Shown piece by piece: positions 44,144 through 57,452 of a DNA stretch of 64,000 nucleotides (within the stretch, counting starts at the first letter, position 1; every line of letters starts with the position of its first letter). The notes under the pieces were generated by a model. It was not told where the DNA came from, searched no databases, and was given only the letters and a program-made list of their open reading frames with translations. Made by a program: the position numbers and the translations under genes. The stretch is taken from positions 248,001 through 312,000 of the forward strand of contig JASANG010000621.1 of assembly GCA_030248215.1 (NCBI GenBank). The letters are read 5' to 3'. This DNA is from Enoplolaimus lenunculus (Eukaryota).

Positions 44144-47100
44144 TGCAAAAATTTTTTTTTACTAAATATAGCTCTTAGTCCGTTCTATTTTCAAATTTAC
44201 ATATAATAAGGTGTTTAATATTTATCATTTTGCAATGTGAACGTGTCTAAATATGAATTTTAGAACGAATGCTTTGTTACTACTAAAGTGTTTTTTCATG
44301 AAGGACGCAGATAAGTAATGGATTCAGGAGAAATAGAATGTACAATTTTGTTTTCTCACCAGCCATGTCGTACTGAGAACAGTTTGCGATGTTAATTGTA
44401 CATCAGTAACTTTTATAATGTGGCTTCATAGCTAAATTACGTGTAGTTTGCAATCAAATTCTGTCCTGATACGGTAATATTTTCGCTGAAGTAATTTGTA
44501 TTCAAATTATTCTTCATAGTTTGCTTTTATATTTGTTTTTGCTCAACTTACAGTTATGCCTATATTTAGGTTCCGGCTAAGGTTTATGTGTAGGCTAAGG
44601 CTTAGTAAACTTGTCTCTGTAGTTAACATGGACCTACACTATGCTTCATTTCTTATTGACAGTACTATTTTCGAGACGGATTTATTATTACAACTACAAC
44701 TCCACAACCCGTTGATACTCAGACGTCCAAGTACCGTGAAAGTGGCCCCTTTTTATTGTTTTCTATGGATTGCTACTTCCCTTTACTCTGAAACAACTAC
44801 TTTTAGTGGTTTGAAATATAGCGTAATTTGTTCGCGATTTACAAGCCGCTTTTGCGTACCTCTTAAATGATGTATTAGCTATGTAATTTTTGTTAATTTT
44901 CACACTTAGATAAATACGCGATTTAGAAAGAAATATACAACCTAAGCTGAACTATAAATTATTTTTAGACTCAAAGTTGTTGTTAGTGTTCACTGAAGAC
45001 GCTAAAACCTGTCTGTTGTTAAGTTTTACAGCTAAAAATGCTTAGCAAACATTTTAACGCTGTCAAGTGTTGTATTTAGCGTTGGTTTTTTCTAACTTTG
45101 AAACATCTTAGAAAATGCTGGGCTGAAGCCCGTGCGTAGCCAAATATGCTTAAGAAGAATTGGATTAGGGTGGACCAAATTTTCGCAATAATTTACAAGC
45201 TGGGCCAAAAACTCTTAGGAGATATCATAATTTTTCGAGAGTGCAGCAGCTTGTTCCACGCTTCTTGTCTTGGCTACAAATCCATGGGGTTGATTTTTCG
45301 AGGGTATGCTGCGTATTTCACATATTATTTTGTTTATTTAATTTTAATTCTATATATACGAATAACGTATGTTTTCAAAATTATGATTGTGTTCAAATTT
45401 AAAATTTTACACAAAGACTAAAGTCTCGTTAGAACTCTTTTGCGAAATCACAAAGGGTGTAACTTTCTAGGACAACGTTGTGCCGCCGAAAGCACGCAAC
45501 TTAAAGATTTTTTATCAAAATTTGAAAACTAAAGCAATTTTAGTGTCATGTTTTTTATCTCTTGTGAAATTTTCTATCTCCTGGATATTTGGAAGGTTAA
45601 TTTCTTCTGCATACTATTAATGGCCCTTTGGATTCTAATGTTTCGACCTCAAAATCAAACCGTATGCTCAAGTGAAAGACTAACCCTGAGGCAGTTTTGG
45701 GATTTGTACTACTCCTACACATGGGCAGTAGCGGATTCAAGAGTTTTTAACTCGAGGGGCGTGATATATTATAGTGAAAATAGCTCACAAAAAGCGGACG
45801 AACAGCCAAAAGCTATTTTTAATACTAACGCAAAGTTTTTGTTGTGATCCCTGTTGGGGTCAGCCCTAGGGGTAAGTAGTTCCACTTGCCGTCGCCATCG
45901 CCACTGCACGTGATATGTTCAGACGAATGCCCCTGTAGGTGTGTTATTGTATATTTTGTATGATTACTCATCGCATTGCTACAACAGCAATTATTTTTAC
46001 ATTTAAAACGTTTTTAGATTTGATGTTAAAAATTCGTTTTAAATTTAAGTTTTTGAATTTTAACTCAATTTTACGATTTACAACAATTGTAAAATATAAC
46101 TTTTTGCATTTCTGTAATGTTTTTCACTCATACATTCATCGGGTAAGCTCAGTTATAATTAAAAGGATATGAATGCTAGAGACAAACCGTCAGAGGTATG
46201 ACCAGGAAATTCATTTTGGGAAAAGGTAACTTGTGTAAATTTTTTTTGCCAGTGGGCGTGTTGCGATCGAGAAATTTTTTTACCTACGCAGATTATTCTA
46301 CAGCTTATAAAAGTGCGTTTTCGAATCAGAATTTCGGTGGATGTATCTGACCTATTTTTCACTTGTATACGCCCCTGGACACCGGCGAATCCAAATGAGT
46401 CTACGCAAGTCGTGGCCTCGAATCATGGATAAAAGTGAAATTCTAGTACTAAGGTCTCCGAACTACTGAAATTGCGTTCGAATCGTCGCTTGCGAGCTTT
46501 TCTCACTATTACACATGGCCCCCATTTACGGATACACCGCATGAAAATATTTTTCATCGAATCATTAAAATTACGTCTGCAACCAGATGGTCATTATTGA
46601 AAAGCTAAGGCCGGCCCTGTGGCCAACAAGGACAAATAGCTGTTGCGAACATGACTTATTTTACGACATTGACGCTTCAAAATTGTCATCACTTTTACTC
46701 TTTGAGTAAAAATATTTGATTCTCTATTTTGTAGAGCAAAATAAAAAAAACAACGTCTTGCGAGCATGGATCCTGAACTTAATAGCATAGTTCTTCACAA
46801 TTTAGATAGAAAACGAAACTAAAGTGTTTTTAGTAAACTTCTATACTGCTCGTCTCTAAACCACTACTATGTTTGTATATGTGCTATGTTTGTATATGTG
46901 TTCCGTGTTTCGCATTTTATAGTGACAAAAGCTGTTTCGTTGTTGTTGCGAGTTGAGGTACGGTGTTGTACTCAAGTGTAATTTTTAGTCGCTTGTTTAC
47001 ATATTGTTAATACAATGTTATGTATATAGTTTGAGCGTTTTTTACGCCGACTATTGATTTTGGCAAGCATGCTGCCTAGACCGATATCGAAGCAGGCGGG

Positions 47101-48661
47101 TCAAATGGCCCCAGAAACAGTTGCTCGTAGGTTAGAATTCGCGTTGTGTCGCGTCAATCTTGCTAGTCCGGTTTTACAAGTTTTGTCCTTTCGTCGAGAC
47201 AGTTAAGTCTATCTCCGATGCTTCTTGCGGTTTACCGAGGCTCACAAGCCGTGTACCTAGGCCATAGTAAGCTGTAATGGATCCAGAGGGGGCGTACGCC
47301 CTCTCGTTCGAAATTTTGTCGTGGTAAAATGGTAGGTACCTATCTTACAATTTTCCGTCAGAAATTTGGCACACACATATAGGCACAAAAATAAAAATTG
47401 AGTTTCATACCTTTCGTCAGCTCGCCGCCCCCTGTCCGAAATTTCTTTGCAACGTTATAAAATTATTCAGTCCGCAAATTCTAAGGTTTCAGAGCGTCTG
47501 GAAGTATCGCAACCACCAAAATTTAGTCTAACGTTTACTGATATTTTATTGTTGGTTGAATCAAACGGAGAAAGACCTTTGAGAACGTCGGCAATGTTTT
47601 TGACTTTTTTTCTACAAGAAGCTCAAATATAACAGTTTGAATGTTTATGTGCAACAAAAACGATTGGGGATACACGCCGCAGGCCTATGGATTCACTCAT
47701 TGACTTGAGAAAACGCAAGTTTTAGTCGCTGCCTAATCGTGTTCCAGCATCTAAAATTACTATCTCTAAAATCTTCCATGTCACATTTTTAAGTTGAAAA
47801 ATGTCACATTTTCTAAGTTTAAAATTTTTATAAAGTTGTTATAAAGCGATGAAGCTGTCATTTTCTAAAGGTGCGTCTAGGTTATCAGGGGCGGCAAATT
47901 AGGAAAAGATTGTACGGCAGATACCTATATACCGAACTTTTACCAATTTTTAGAATAAAATGGTTGTGAAACTTATCTCGCTCGCTGATACAGTTATACC
48001 CTCTCGAAATGAAATCCGCGCTGTGTCTTTACACAGTAATGTGTTAAATTTTTCACACAAATTTATTAATGTGTTATTTTCTATACATTCATTTTTATTG
48101 TGCGCGAGATATACGGTGTTACACGCATCCGAGCACACAAAGAAAATGGTCATTTTGCGTTCCATAACGTATATATCTGTGTTTTTATTGCAATTTTTGC
48201 ACAAAATTGCAATATTTTAATTTTGCAAGAAGCGCTAAACGTAAAATTCAAGGTTTTGTCTCATTCGCGCGTTGTCTTCTTTCACATATTTTTGTTGACA
48301 AAATAATTCCTAAAATTTTAAAATAACAACAAAAAAGTCTTTTCTTGATGTTAAATTTTATTGTTAAAATGAACTTCAATTTACTATTCTCAAATGTGTA
48401 TAGCACCTCTTAACACAGTTTGGCCAGAGATCAATGTCGCTTATCAGGTATTACAAGGCATACGATCGTGGCTACTACCCCTTACTCCCAGGCGTCTTGG
48501 TCCCGGCAAAACCGGTCCACCATGTATGTTAAAAAATTTGCACATTGACAATCTTTATTAATGTTATACCATAAAATGTAAAACAGCCATCGTTACGTCT
48601 GTTTGTGGCAGGCGTGGCGCTGTGATTGATCGAGTAACCTGTTAACTAACGAACGGCAAGC

Positions 48662-48843
48662 CAGTGGCGGAACCAGGCGAAATGAGGGAATGTATTTCGG
48701 CACCGGCACTGCCGTGGTGAACATTTTGCGAGACATATGGACAACTTTATAATATAGAAAAGTTCGCTAAACCACGCTTAAGCTTAAAAAATTTTCGGAA
48801 CACTACTGCCTTTCCCCACCGGAAAATACCGCATCTGCCACTG
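48662..48843. mobile_element. CAGTGGCGG-ended MITE
   Basis: CAGTGGCGGA ... TCTGCCACTG inverted ends; no TSD recognisable. Confidence 0.55.
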
Positions 48844-50173
48844 TTGAGTTCAGCTTTTACTCGTTTAGTAGCACGAGCGTCAGCTAGTCGACATTTCCGA
48901 TTCGAATTTATTAAAATTCAAAGAGATTCCTAAGCATTTAAGTAATATATTTTCGTGGCACCGTCTGAAACGTTGTTTACATAGTGTTTTTGAAAATTAA
49001 ATATCCTATTTTTAATCTAAAATAACACATCCGCTTTACACTAGCCGTAAAGAAACATATTTTGACCATATTTTGCTGCGAATATTAGTTAAGCCCTATT
49101 CACACGTGCATGTTGGTGCAGCGTGAACTCGCAGCTAAAACTTGAACGAAATAGTTGCAACTGCTAGCATTTGTAACAAAATATTTCTTTAATATTCTGA
49201 CTATTGACATGAATTTGTATGAGTAATTTACATACGATAATATATCAAGTATATAAGCTTAAATTATCAGTTCGGAGTTCGGGCAATGATAATGAATTAA
49301 TTCGACTTGCAAGGCTATTTACACCAATGAATAAATTCTTGGCGTATATTCACCATCTGCAGGTTCTTCGAAAGAATTTTTGAAACAACTTGAAGCTACA
49401 AGTTTCTGGTGGACAAAACATTCACAGGTAAAGAAGACAACATAAAATTTCTTGACTTGAAAACGTTTTCATACCGATACAATTTTTATTTTAGTATTTA
49501 AAAATGTAAAAAATAGTTGCATAATCATCGCCGTTGACTACGAAATATCAAACAAGTTTGATATTTGACAATTTGTTATTTTAAAACGGGAGAAAGCGCT
49601 TTAATTTGTTTGTCCGACAAAATTTTAGGTCGAATAAATATTTTTGTTCATGTCTTGTGGACGCATCCTGGCCTGGTAATCTAGTCTATTCGCGCAAATC
49701 AAGAATTTATGCAGTTGCGCCTAACCAGTATGAATTGATAGGGTACTAGGTAGATATAATGCTAATTTATGGTTGTATTTTTCAATTTCAAAACCTCAAT
49801 TCTTTTTGTACCCACTCTCTGGTTCTTGAAAGTACTATGAAAAATGGTGTTTTTATTTCGGCTACGATACAATATATATATTTGGTTTCACTACCGTACA
49901 AAAGCACAATTTATCTTGATACTAATCTAAAATAGGCCAATCTACGGTAGATATACTAGTCGAGGCTGGTAAAGTCAGCTTAAAGTATCCAGTGGCGAAT
50001 CTATGATTTTCCAGTGAGGTGAAGTAAATCCTGGGGTCAACTTTCTATGGGCCTGATCAAGTCGTGTATAGGCAGTGTTCTGTTTAGACTGTTTCAAATG
50101 TGATTATATGTGATTGCTCAAGCGTTAAAGTTGGCATATTTCTAAGGTAGGTTCAATGCAAAAAGGTCATAGC

Positions 50174-50356
50174 CAATGGCGGATCCACGGGGGCCCACCC
50201 CGGCCGTGGCCCCCCAACAGCATCTCGACAAAAATTATATTGGGACTCAAAATGGGGACCCCCCTTTTATTTCGGTCACTACAGTATGGGTCAAAAATAA
50301 GTTTATTACCTGTGAAATTTTGGCCCCCCCATTCTGAGATCCTGGATCCGCCACTG
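50174..50356. mobile_element. hAT-type MITE, CAGTGGCGGATCC family
   Basis: CAATGGCGGATCCA / TGGATCCGCCACTG; perfect 8-bp TSD GTCATAGC. Confidence 0.92.
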
Positions 50357-51514
50357 GTCATAGCTTTCGTACCCTGTTATCACTTAAATATATTTGATGT
50401 TTTAAATATGTTTTACACGAGGTTAAAGAACTAAATATAGATGGTTGTTATTTTTCTCGGTTCTGTATAACTGTCAGTTTCTGGTTGAGCTGAAAATACC
50501 TAACTAAACCGATTTTGTTTCAGATTAAATATACAGAAATAGGGCTTTTTCGGCAAATTTGTTATCGAAATTTAACATCAAATCGAATAAAATACGTTGG
50601 CATAGCGAGAAATGTGGGTTGACGAGGGCCAGTGCTGCCGAAAAACCATTTAAAATATTGGTTTTAAAGACACAATCGTCCAATTGTCTACAATGAAGTG
50701 TCTTTGAGTCTGTGACCAACATTTCACTTCGACACAGTATGAAAGTATTTGACGTGTCCTATTTTTTTACATCATTGTTTACTGCGTATTTGCTTATTGC
50801 AATCAGATAATGATCTGGCATATAAGCATTTCAAAGGGCATATTTCAACATTTCCAAATGAAATTTTGCTGTTTTTTATTCTATTGAAACTTTCAGTGAA
50901 TAGTCATTTTTCCGTTTTTATCCAATAGTTCATTTACTTGTTTTAGTTTCCAGATAGAAAAACTTTACAATTTCCTATTAACAAAATTGTTTCACTATGC
51001 TTGTTTGTATAGTTGAATGCATCCTGAGCTTATTTTCTTATTTATTTTGTAATTTAAGTTTTTAGAAATTTTTTTTCTAAATTTAAGACAAGTTTCCTGA
51101 AACACTGGTGTCGCTGTTTCTCTCAATTCTTTGACATGTGCATGCGTCCACTGTCTATTTTGTGAACTTTAGTTATACGTACAAGTGAAGCAAGCTACAG
51201 TTGCCAATTCCGTTTTATTACGATCCGTAGCCGAGCCCTACAAGTCAGTTGCTCGTGATACGACAATGGCAACATTTGTGAATCTTCGCGAGCTTATTGT
51301 TTTAATATATTTTTTGGAGACATTTTGTCGTATAAAAGTTTCAATACATGTAAATATTGCTTGCATTTTCAAGTGTCCACATATTAAAGATCACAGTATT
51401 GCAGAAACAATTGCAGATCGTTTTTTGTCTCTTATAATTTTCAAGTCTGTTTTCCGCTTGAATTCCAACAGAACGGACATTTTCTATTATATATGCGATT
51501 GTAATGTCTTTTAT

Positions 51515-51790
51515 ATATGAATAGTATATATATGGATGTATATCTGTGTATTTCAATATGTTTAAGCATATTACATATGTATGTATATTTTTATATGTGT
51601 ATTTTGTATGCACATATGTGTATATTTATGTAATATGTAGAAATCAACATATGCATGTGTAACGTGTGTTTATAATTTTTGTTGTACTTTATATTTATGC
51701 GCATATAAAATGCATGCGTTTATATGTAAACATACACATATACAAATACAACATTGTATTTTCTGTGTATTTATATATTATATATATATT
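51515..51790. repeat. Degenerate TA/TG-rich simple repeat
   Basis: TATATG/TATGTG/CATATA-rich low-complexity tract. Confidence 0.7.
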
Positions 51791-54681
51791 TAATCACTTG
51801 ACAATCCAAGGGGGCATCCAACCATTGTCCCACCAACAGTGATCCGAACACTAAAGTTTTGTATTAGGATTTTTAATGCTAAATTTCGTCCGACTACTCG
51901 CTTGCTTTGCTTGTGACCTTTTACACAGTTAAATATATGGCGTAGTCTCGGTCAAAAATTTTTGGATCCGCTACTAAATTTAGTATTGTCTTCAGCGCAC
52001 AGTGATTTCAATATTTTTCTATCTATTGCACACTACTCGTTCTGTTGTCAATAGATACGTCCGCGTCCTTTTTATGTTATTATTTTTTTGTATCCTTGCG
52101 TATTTTATTTCTATTTTATTGAGGTAAAAACATAATATAGATAGCATCCTGTTTGTTTGTAACATTGTCCTACTTCCGCTGTTATTGGTTTTTATTTTAC
52201 CTTCCCCACCCCCGAAAAATTATGAAATTTGGCCGTTTGGACAGAAAATAATTGAAATTTTAAATTTAAAATCATTTGTATTTTTTAAACAAGTTGCATT
52301 TTCAATCGGTTGTCACGGCCGGAGCAGCCACCTATAACCCTCATTTGGGAGGCCCCATCCTTAAAGGATCCACCGCCTTTGATAGTTGAAACAAAAACCG
52401 CGGAGTTATTGAGTGTTTTGGAACAGCGGAAAATGGTTGAAGCCAACGTGGTAGCTACGGCAAAGTTTCCTGTTTACTTTTGCCTGTTTCATTCACGAAT
52501 TCGGACTGAAACACACCAGAATGACTTTCGCAAAATAATCGACTGGAGAGGGTTGAATTAATATGACGCCGCTATGATTAGTAATCATTTTCGTTTAAAT
52601 ATTTTTCTTAATTTTCAAAAATTTCGAAGAAAAAACTTCGACGTACTGATGGAATATTTGTCTTGGCCGACGTGGCATTGGTTGCAATTGTTTTTATCGA
52701 TTCATTTCATTCCGCCGAAATTTTATATCAAACAAACTATTCGGACATTTGGACAATAAATCCCGAAATAGCATTGTTTGTGAAATGCTGGTTACTTTAC
52801 TCTTCATACGATTGTTGTCAAACTTTCTCTGCCTGAAGCTAACACAAAATAGAAGATTCACCGCATAATATTGGGAAGACCATCTACTAGAAACAAAAAG
52901 TACTCGTTCGCTTGCTTTTTCTGAGTGGGATAATTGCACTAGTGGATTTTTTGTAGGTAAATCAATGAACAAGTGGCGATGTTATAGCGGAAAATATTCC
53001 ATTATTTGGAAACGAAAACCGCCATTGGAATCATTCCAGGGGAGTAAAAATCCGCTAGCAGATTTTTACGGGGGCGGAAATCCGCTAGCAGATTCTTTCC
53101 TGGATAAAAATCCGCGGCCGAACAGATCCGCTGGTACACCGGAAGTCGAAGCGAACCAGAAGGTACATTTTTCAACAGCACAGCGATAACGTACATGAAA
53201 TATTATAGACTCAGTACGCAGAAAATTCTGAAATTTCTTTACACATCGCCAGCGCCGTGGCTAGGCGGTTCAAGGCCCCTTCGAGTTCGAACCAGAAAAA
53301 TCTGACCCGTGAGAAAGTTTGAATATTCCCACGACGGCGTCGTGCATGACACCGAACTTTATCAATTATATTTCGGTATGAAATAACTACGGCTAAGAGA
53401 TTGAAAGATTTTTGACCTCCGCATGGATGTACTGCCTGTAGAATTGACTTATTCGAGCCGTTCCACAAATTTCGTCGGATATATGTATCCCTTGTTACTG
53501 TCCTTATATGCGGTCCTGCCAAATTCTTTTTTCAGCATTCTCCGCTATATCCATTCCTATTTGAATGACTCATAGCAAGTATTTCAGCATAAAATGCTTA
53601 AAATTCCACGGTTTCATTTTAAGAAATGCATATTTTAAATGATGGATTTAATTCAAATTGACAGCTTTAAACCTAGTACATACGTATATGTAATGCATTG
53701 AACGAAGAAGCATAAAAGCACAGGGTTGTTAAGACAAAGCTGGTCACTGGTCAGTATTGTCCACTATGTGGAGTTCAGCTTTTTTTGTTATTTTAATTTC
53801 ACAAATGAATATTTAAAATGAAAAGTACAATGCACTTTGCGGAGCAGAACCAGCTACAAAAAATGTACATCTCAGATTATTTTCGCCTGATTTTTGATCG
53901 AGAGGGCACAACGGCTCATCTTAGCCTAATTAGCTTATATGCCCTCCTGAAATTTTTGGAGGAATAAAGAAAAAATTTAACAGGGTATAGAATGATCTGC
54001 TCGATCGCAGAGATCTAAAATTTTTTGTTTTACATGGCGTTACCCCTCCTGAAGTAAAATCCTGCCTCTGCCGCTGCTCATGTTCTTGTTTTTCATTGTG
54101 TTTTGTCTCGCCTTAAACACTTTATTTAATTTGTAGTTGGCGGAAACGAATTTTTCGTAAATCAAGTTTTCTAATGTGGCTAAAAATAGGAAACTTCAAA
54201 TTTTGACTGTTTTTAGCGAAACGTTCTTTTAAATTGGAATTGGGGTTTTAGTCTTAGAAATGGCCGCAGTTGTTTATGTTCGTTAGCGTAAATATCTGGC
54301 GTCGCAAATATATGACTTAAGTTTAAATTACATTCGGAGTCGAGCATTAACTTCAAGTATTCTGGCTTTGATGTAAGTTTACATTTATTCGAATTATGTT
54401 CAAATAATCAATTTTTAAGGCTGAGCATAAATTTTTAGCCGTACACACGCACCTGAAGATACACAGGCTGACCTAAAAGTAGTTGCCCACTCTTTAAATT
54501 GTAACTATCCGCATTACAATTTTTGAGCTACTAGTTCCCTCCACATCAATACACCTATTCCTCTTGAAAATCCTCTCGTGCTCTTAGAAACCCGACTACG
54601 TTAAAATCGATTTTCCCCTCTTCAATTCCGTAGTGGCTGTATGAAATATTGCACATTTACCTTAAATACCCTCAGTATTCC

Positions 54682-54705
54682 GTAGTAGTAGTAGTAGTAG
54701 TAGTA
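54682..54705. repeat. (GTA)8 microsatellite
   Basis: Direct reading. Confidence 0.9.
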
Positions 54706-56640
54706 AAATCGATATTTCGCGTGGTATTTTTAGTATTAATGGCCATCTGGCAGTGTAGCCCTAATTTGTGGTAAACTATACGGTGCAGGCAGAGAGAGAG
54801 AGAGCAGTTTAGAATTAAATGATATGGAAATATTTATTGTTGTTAGTTTTGCCATGGTAAACGTGGGTGTAGGCAGGATTTTGGGTTTTCAAGTGGATTC
54901 AGTGGTGCCTCACCGGATTGTATTGAAAACAAAGCTTACGTATAAATCATTTTTTCTTAGCTAACATGATTTGTTAACAAAATTGTATGTTCTTAAAAAC
55001 TATGAATTGTTGTACCACAGGGCCGACTCTGGTATTGGCAAATGTTTTACTGGTTGGTTGGACCAAGTTTACCGGTATATTAGTCAGAGAATGGAATTTA
55101 GTACTTATTTACATATTATTTAGAAACTGTATTACCGTATTATAACAGAACACAATTGATTTAAATACGTCGAATTTGTTAAGTTTGAAATAAAAATTTG
55201 GTTTAATTATTTTAATAAATATCGAAAATTGAACAAAAAAGTAGCCCTCGCAACAACGAATTGGCATCAAAAGGTTCAATAAGAGTTGTTAAGGGCGCGG
55301 ACATAGTTTTGCGAACACACAATTCTTTAAATGCATTACATCATTCCACAGGCAGCGAACGTCTAACCTTCCAATGGCCCCAGTCGTAGAAAACGTGGTA
55401 TTTTTATTTAAAACAGGAAAAAATTTAGGTTTGTCGACCATAAACAACCAGCTTAGAGTTGGTGATGAGGTTTGGAATTAGTTTTTACCTTTCACCGATG
55501 CTTAACGGAAAACCCCAGGAAGGGAAAACCATGCTTGGCTAACGTTGGATTTCAGCCCTCTCATCGTTTGAATTTATTTTGTTGGGATCGTTCTCTGTTT
55601 GCTAAACGGCAGAGTAATTTAAAGTGAGAAAATAATCTTTTGAAGGTTGTGCAGTTTGGGACGTTTCTTACAAACAACAGCTTAGTACTAATCTTAATTA
55701 GTTTTCATCAGTTTGCTAAACCACTGCTACTACACTATTGTACCGTTAGTCAGTTTAAATTTCGCGTCTGCATTTGTAAACATCAGGCATGTTTTCTGGC
55801 TATTTTCGAAAAATTTAAATAGCACGTATCACCAGTTGAAAAATTGCATTATGTAAAACTGCCAATGGGGTTTGCAGGCAAATGGAGCGAGCCGAAAACC
55901 ACATAGGAAAATTTTGCTCCCTTCCTGAAAGTGTTATCCTTGTTTGTACTCCATTTGAAATCCTTGTATACCGCTCATAAAATTTCTTACTTACCAGCCT
56001 GTGATGTATATATGTCGTGCCCCAAACAGTTATTTGCCCCAGATGGCAACTGGAACTGTCCCAAACGACAATTTCTGTTTGGAGCAGCCCAAACAACTAG
56101 TGGAATACAAACTACTTTCGATTGAAGAACTATACAGACCAAACATCTGCTGAAATGCAAACTGTTTGTGATTGGTTGTTCGGGCTTTATGGGTACAATG
56201 TGTCATTAATTGATAATTTTTTAAAATAATGAAACTTCAATATCTTTATTGCCTCCAACTCACTGTCAATGTCCTTTTTTAAACTCAATCTTATAAAATT
56301 TATTTTATTCTGAATTCGAATATTTTAAAAGTTTTTTCTTGAACGTTACATCTTCTTTTGTTTTGGTTAGCCAATATTGCGCCTCTGTAATCCTTCACCC
56401 CATTTAAACCTTTTTAATTTAAAGGTTGCAAATATAGTGAAGTCAAATAATTACTGTGTAAGACAGTTTTCTCGAACATATATAGTCAAAACTGAGCAGC
56501 CAATCAAAATTAGTCATGTATATTTATGTTACATATCACGGTGCAACCGGAATTCCGGTTCCGATAGGCGAATCCGGTATTTCTTTACCGGAATTTTGTG
56601 GTATTTTCAGTACTGAAATTTTGTTCTGTTAAAAATTGAC

Positions 56641-57020
56641 ATATTGAGCGAAGCTCGGAGTCTCGCGAAGCGTTCTATGTTTTGTACTCGGGGGTCCAAA
56701 GGTGGGTATCCGTCCGTCTGTCCGTCCGAAAACAATATCAGGAACCACTGAACCGATCTTAACGAACTTTTGGGTTTTGGGGTACGAGAAATGTCAATAA
56801 ATTGTTTATAAACCTCCAAACCCGATAATTGAATAGTTAGCTAACAGCTATAGCATAATTGATAGCCTAAATTGGGACTTTTTTAAATCATTTCTTTGGT
56901 TATTAAAAGAAAGTAAACGTGCCATAATATGCGCTTTTCTTTGTAAACTTGGAATGTTTAACTCGACTGGTTAAAAACGTTCGAGCTTCGCTCAATACTT
57001 GTAGTTCTACTACAACTAGT
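56641..57020 (+). mobile_element. HINE/DINE-1-like non-autonomous Helentron
   Basis: Perfect 16-bp subterminal IRs TATTGAGCGAAGCTCG (56642-56657) / CGAGCTTCGCTCAATA (56982-56997), GTCY microsatellite at 56709-56728, 3' hairpin TTGTAG-TTCTA-CTACAA, then CTAGT. Confidence 0.8.
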
Positions 57021-57098
57021 TCTAACCTATTTTTCTTAAATTGTCTGAGTATATGTTGTCAACATTTTCAATTTGTGTCATACTCCATAAGCTATCAT

Positions 57099-57452
57099 CG
57101 GGGTGTAAACGGATAGTAAAAATAATGGAAACGGAATCGCAAACGGATAGTGATCAAAATAACGGAAACGAAAACAGAAAACGTTATATTCAGATATAAA
57201 AGTTTCAAAAATGTTTTATTTTTCTGCCAACACAATAGAGGCGGGATGCATCGAAGTTTTTAAGACTCGATGAATTTTGCAATTTTTATTTCATTTGGAA
57301 CAATTGCAGCACATCTGTAATGAAAAATGCAGGTACATACGTAATTTAGGACTAATTTTGAGCGTAAAAATAACAGAATTACCGATAGAAACGGAAACGG
57401 ACACCAATTTTACCGGAAACGGAGACGGGAACGGATACCCGGATACACCCTG
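57099..57452. mobile_element. hAT-type MITE with AACGGA subterminal repeats
   Basis: CGGGGTGTAAACGG ... CCGGATACACCCTG; flanks GCTATCAT/GATATTAT (6/8); a related left end at ~58093. Confidence 0.78.

Noticed and set aside
55260..55390. Minus-strand CNAFKEL...SAPL resembling a retrotransposon RT-RNase H linker
   Set aside because: A single weak motif with no RT or RNase H motifs nearby.
55931..56150. Cys-containing ORF on + and a splice-bounded open frame on -
   Set aside because: The sequence is built from CCCAAAC/GGGACAGTT-like DNA repeats similar to 8740-8810; no recognisable protein.
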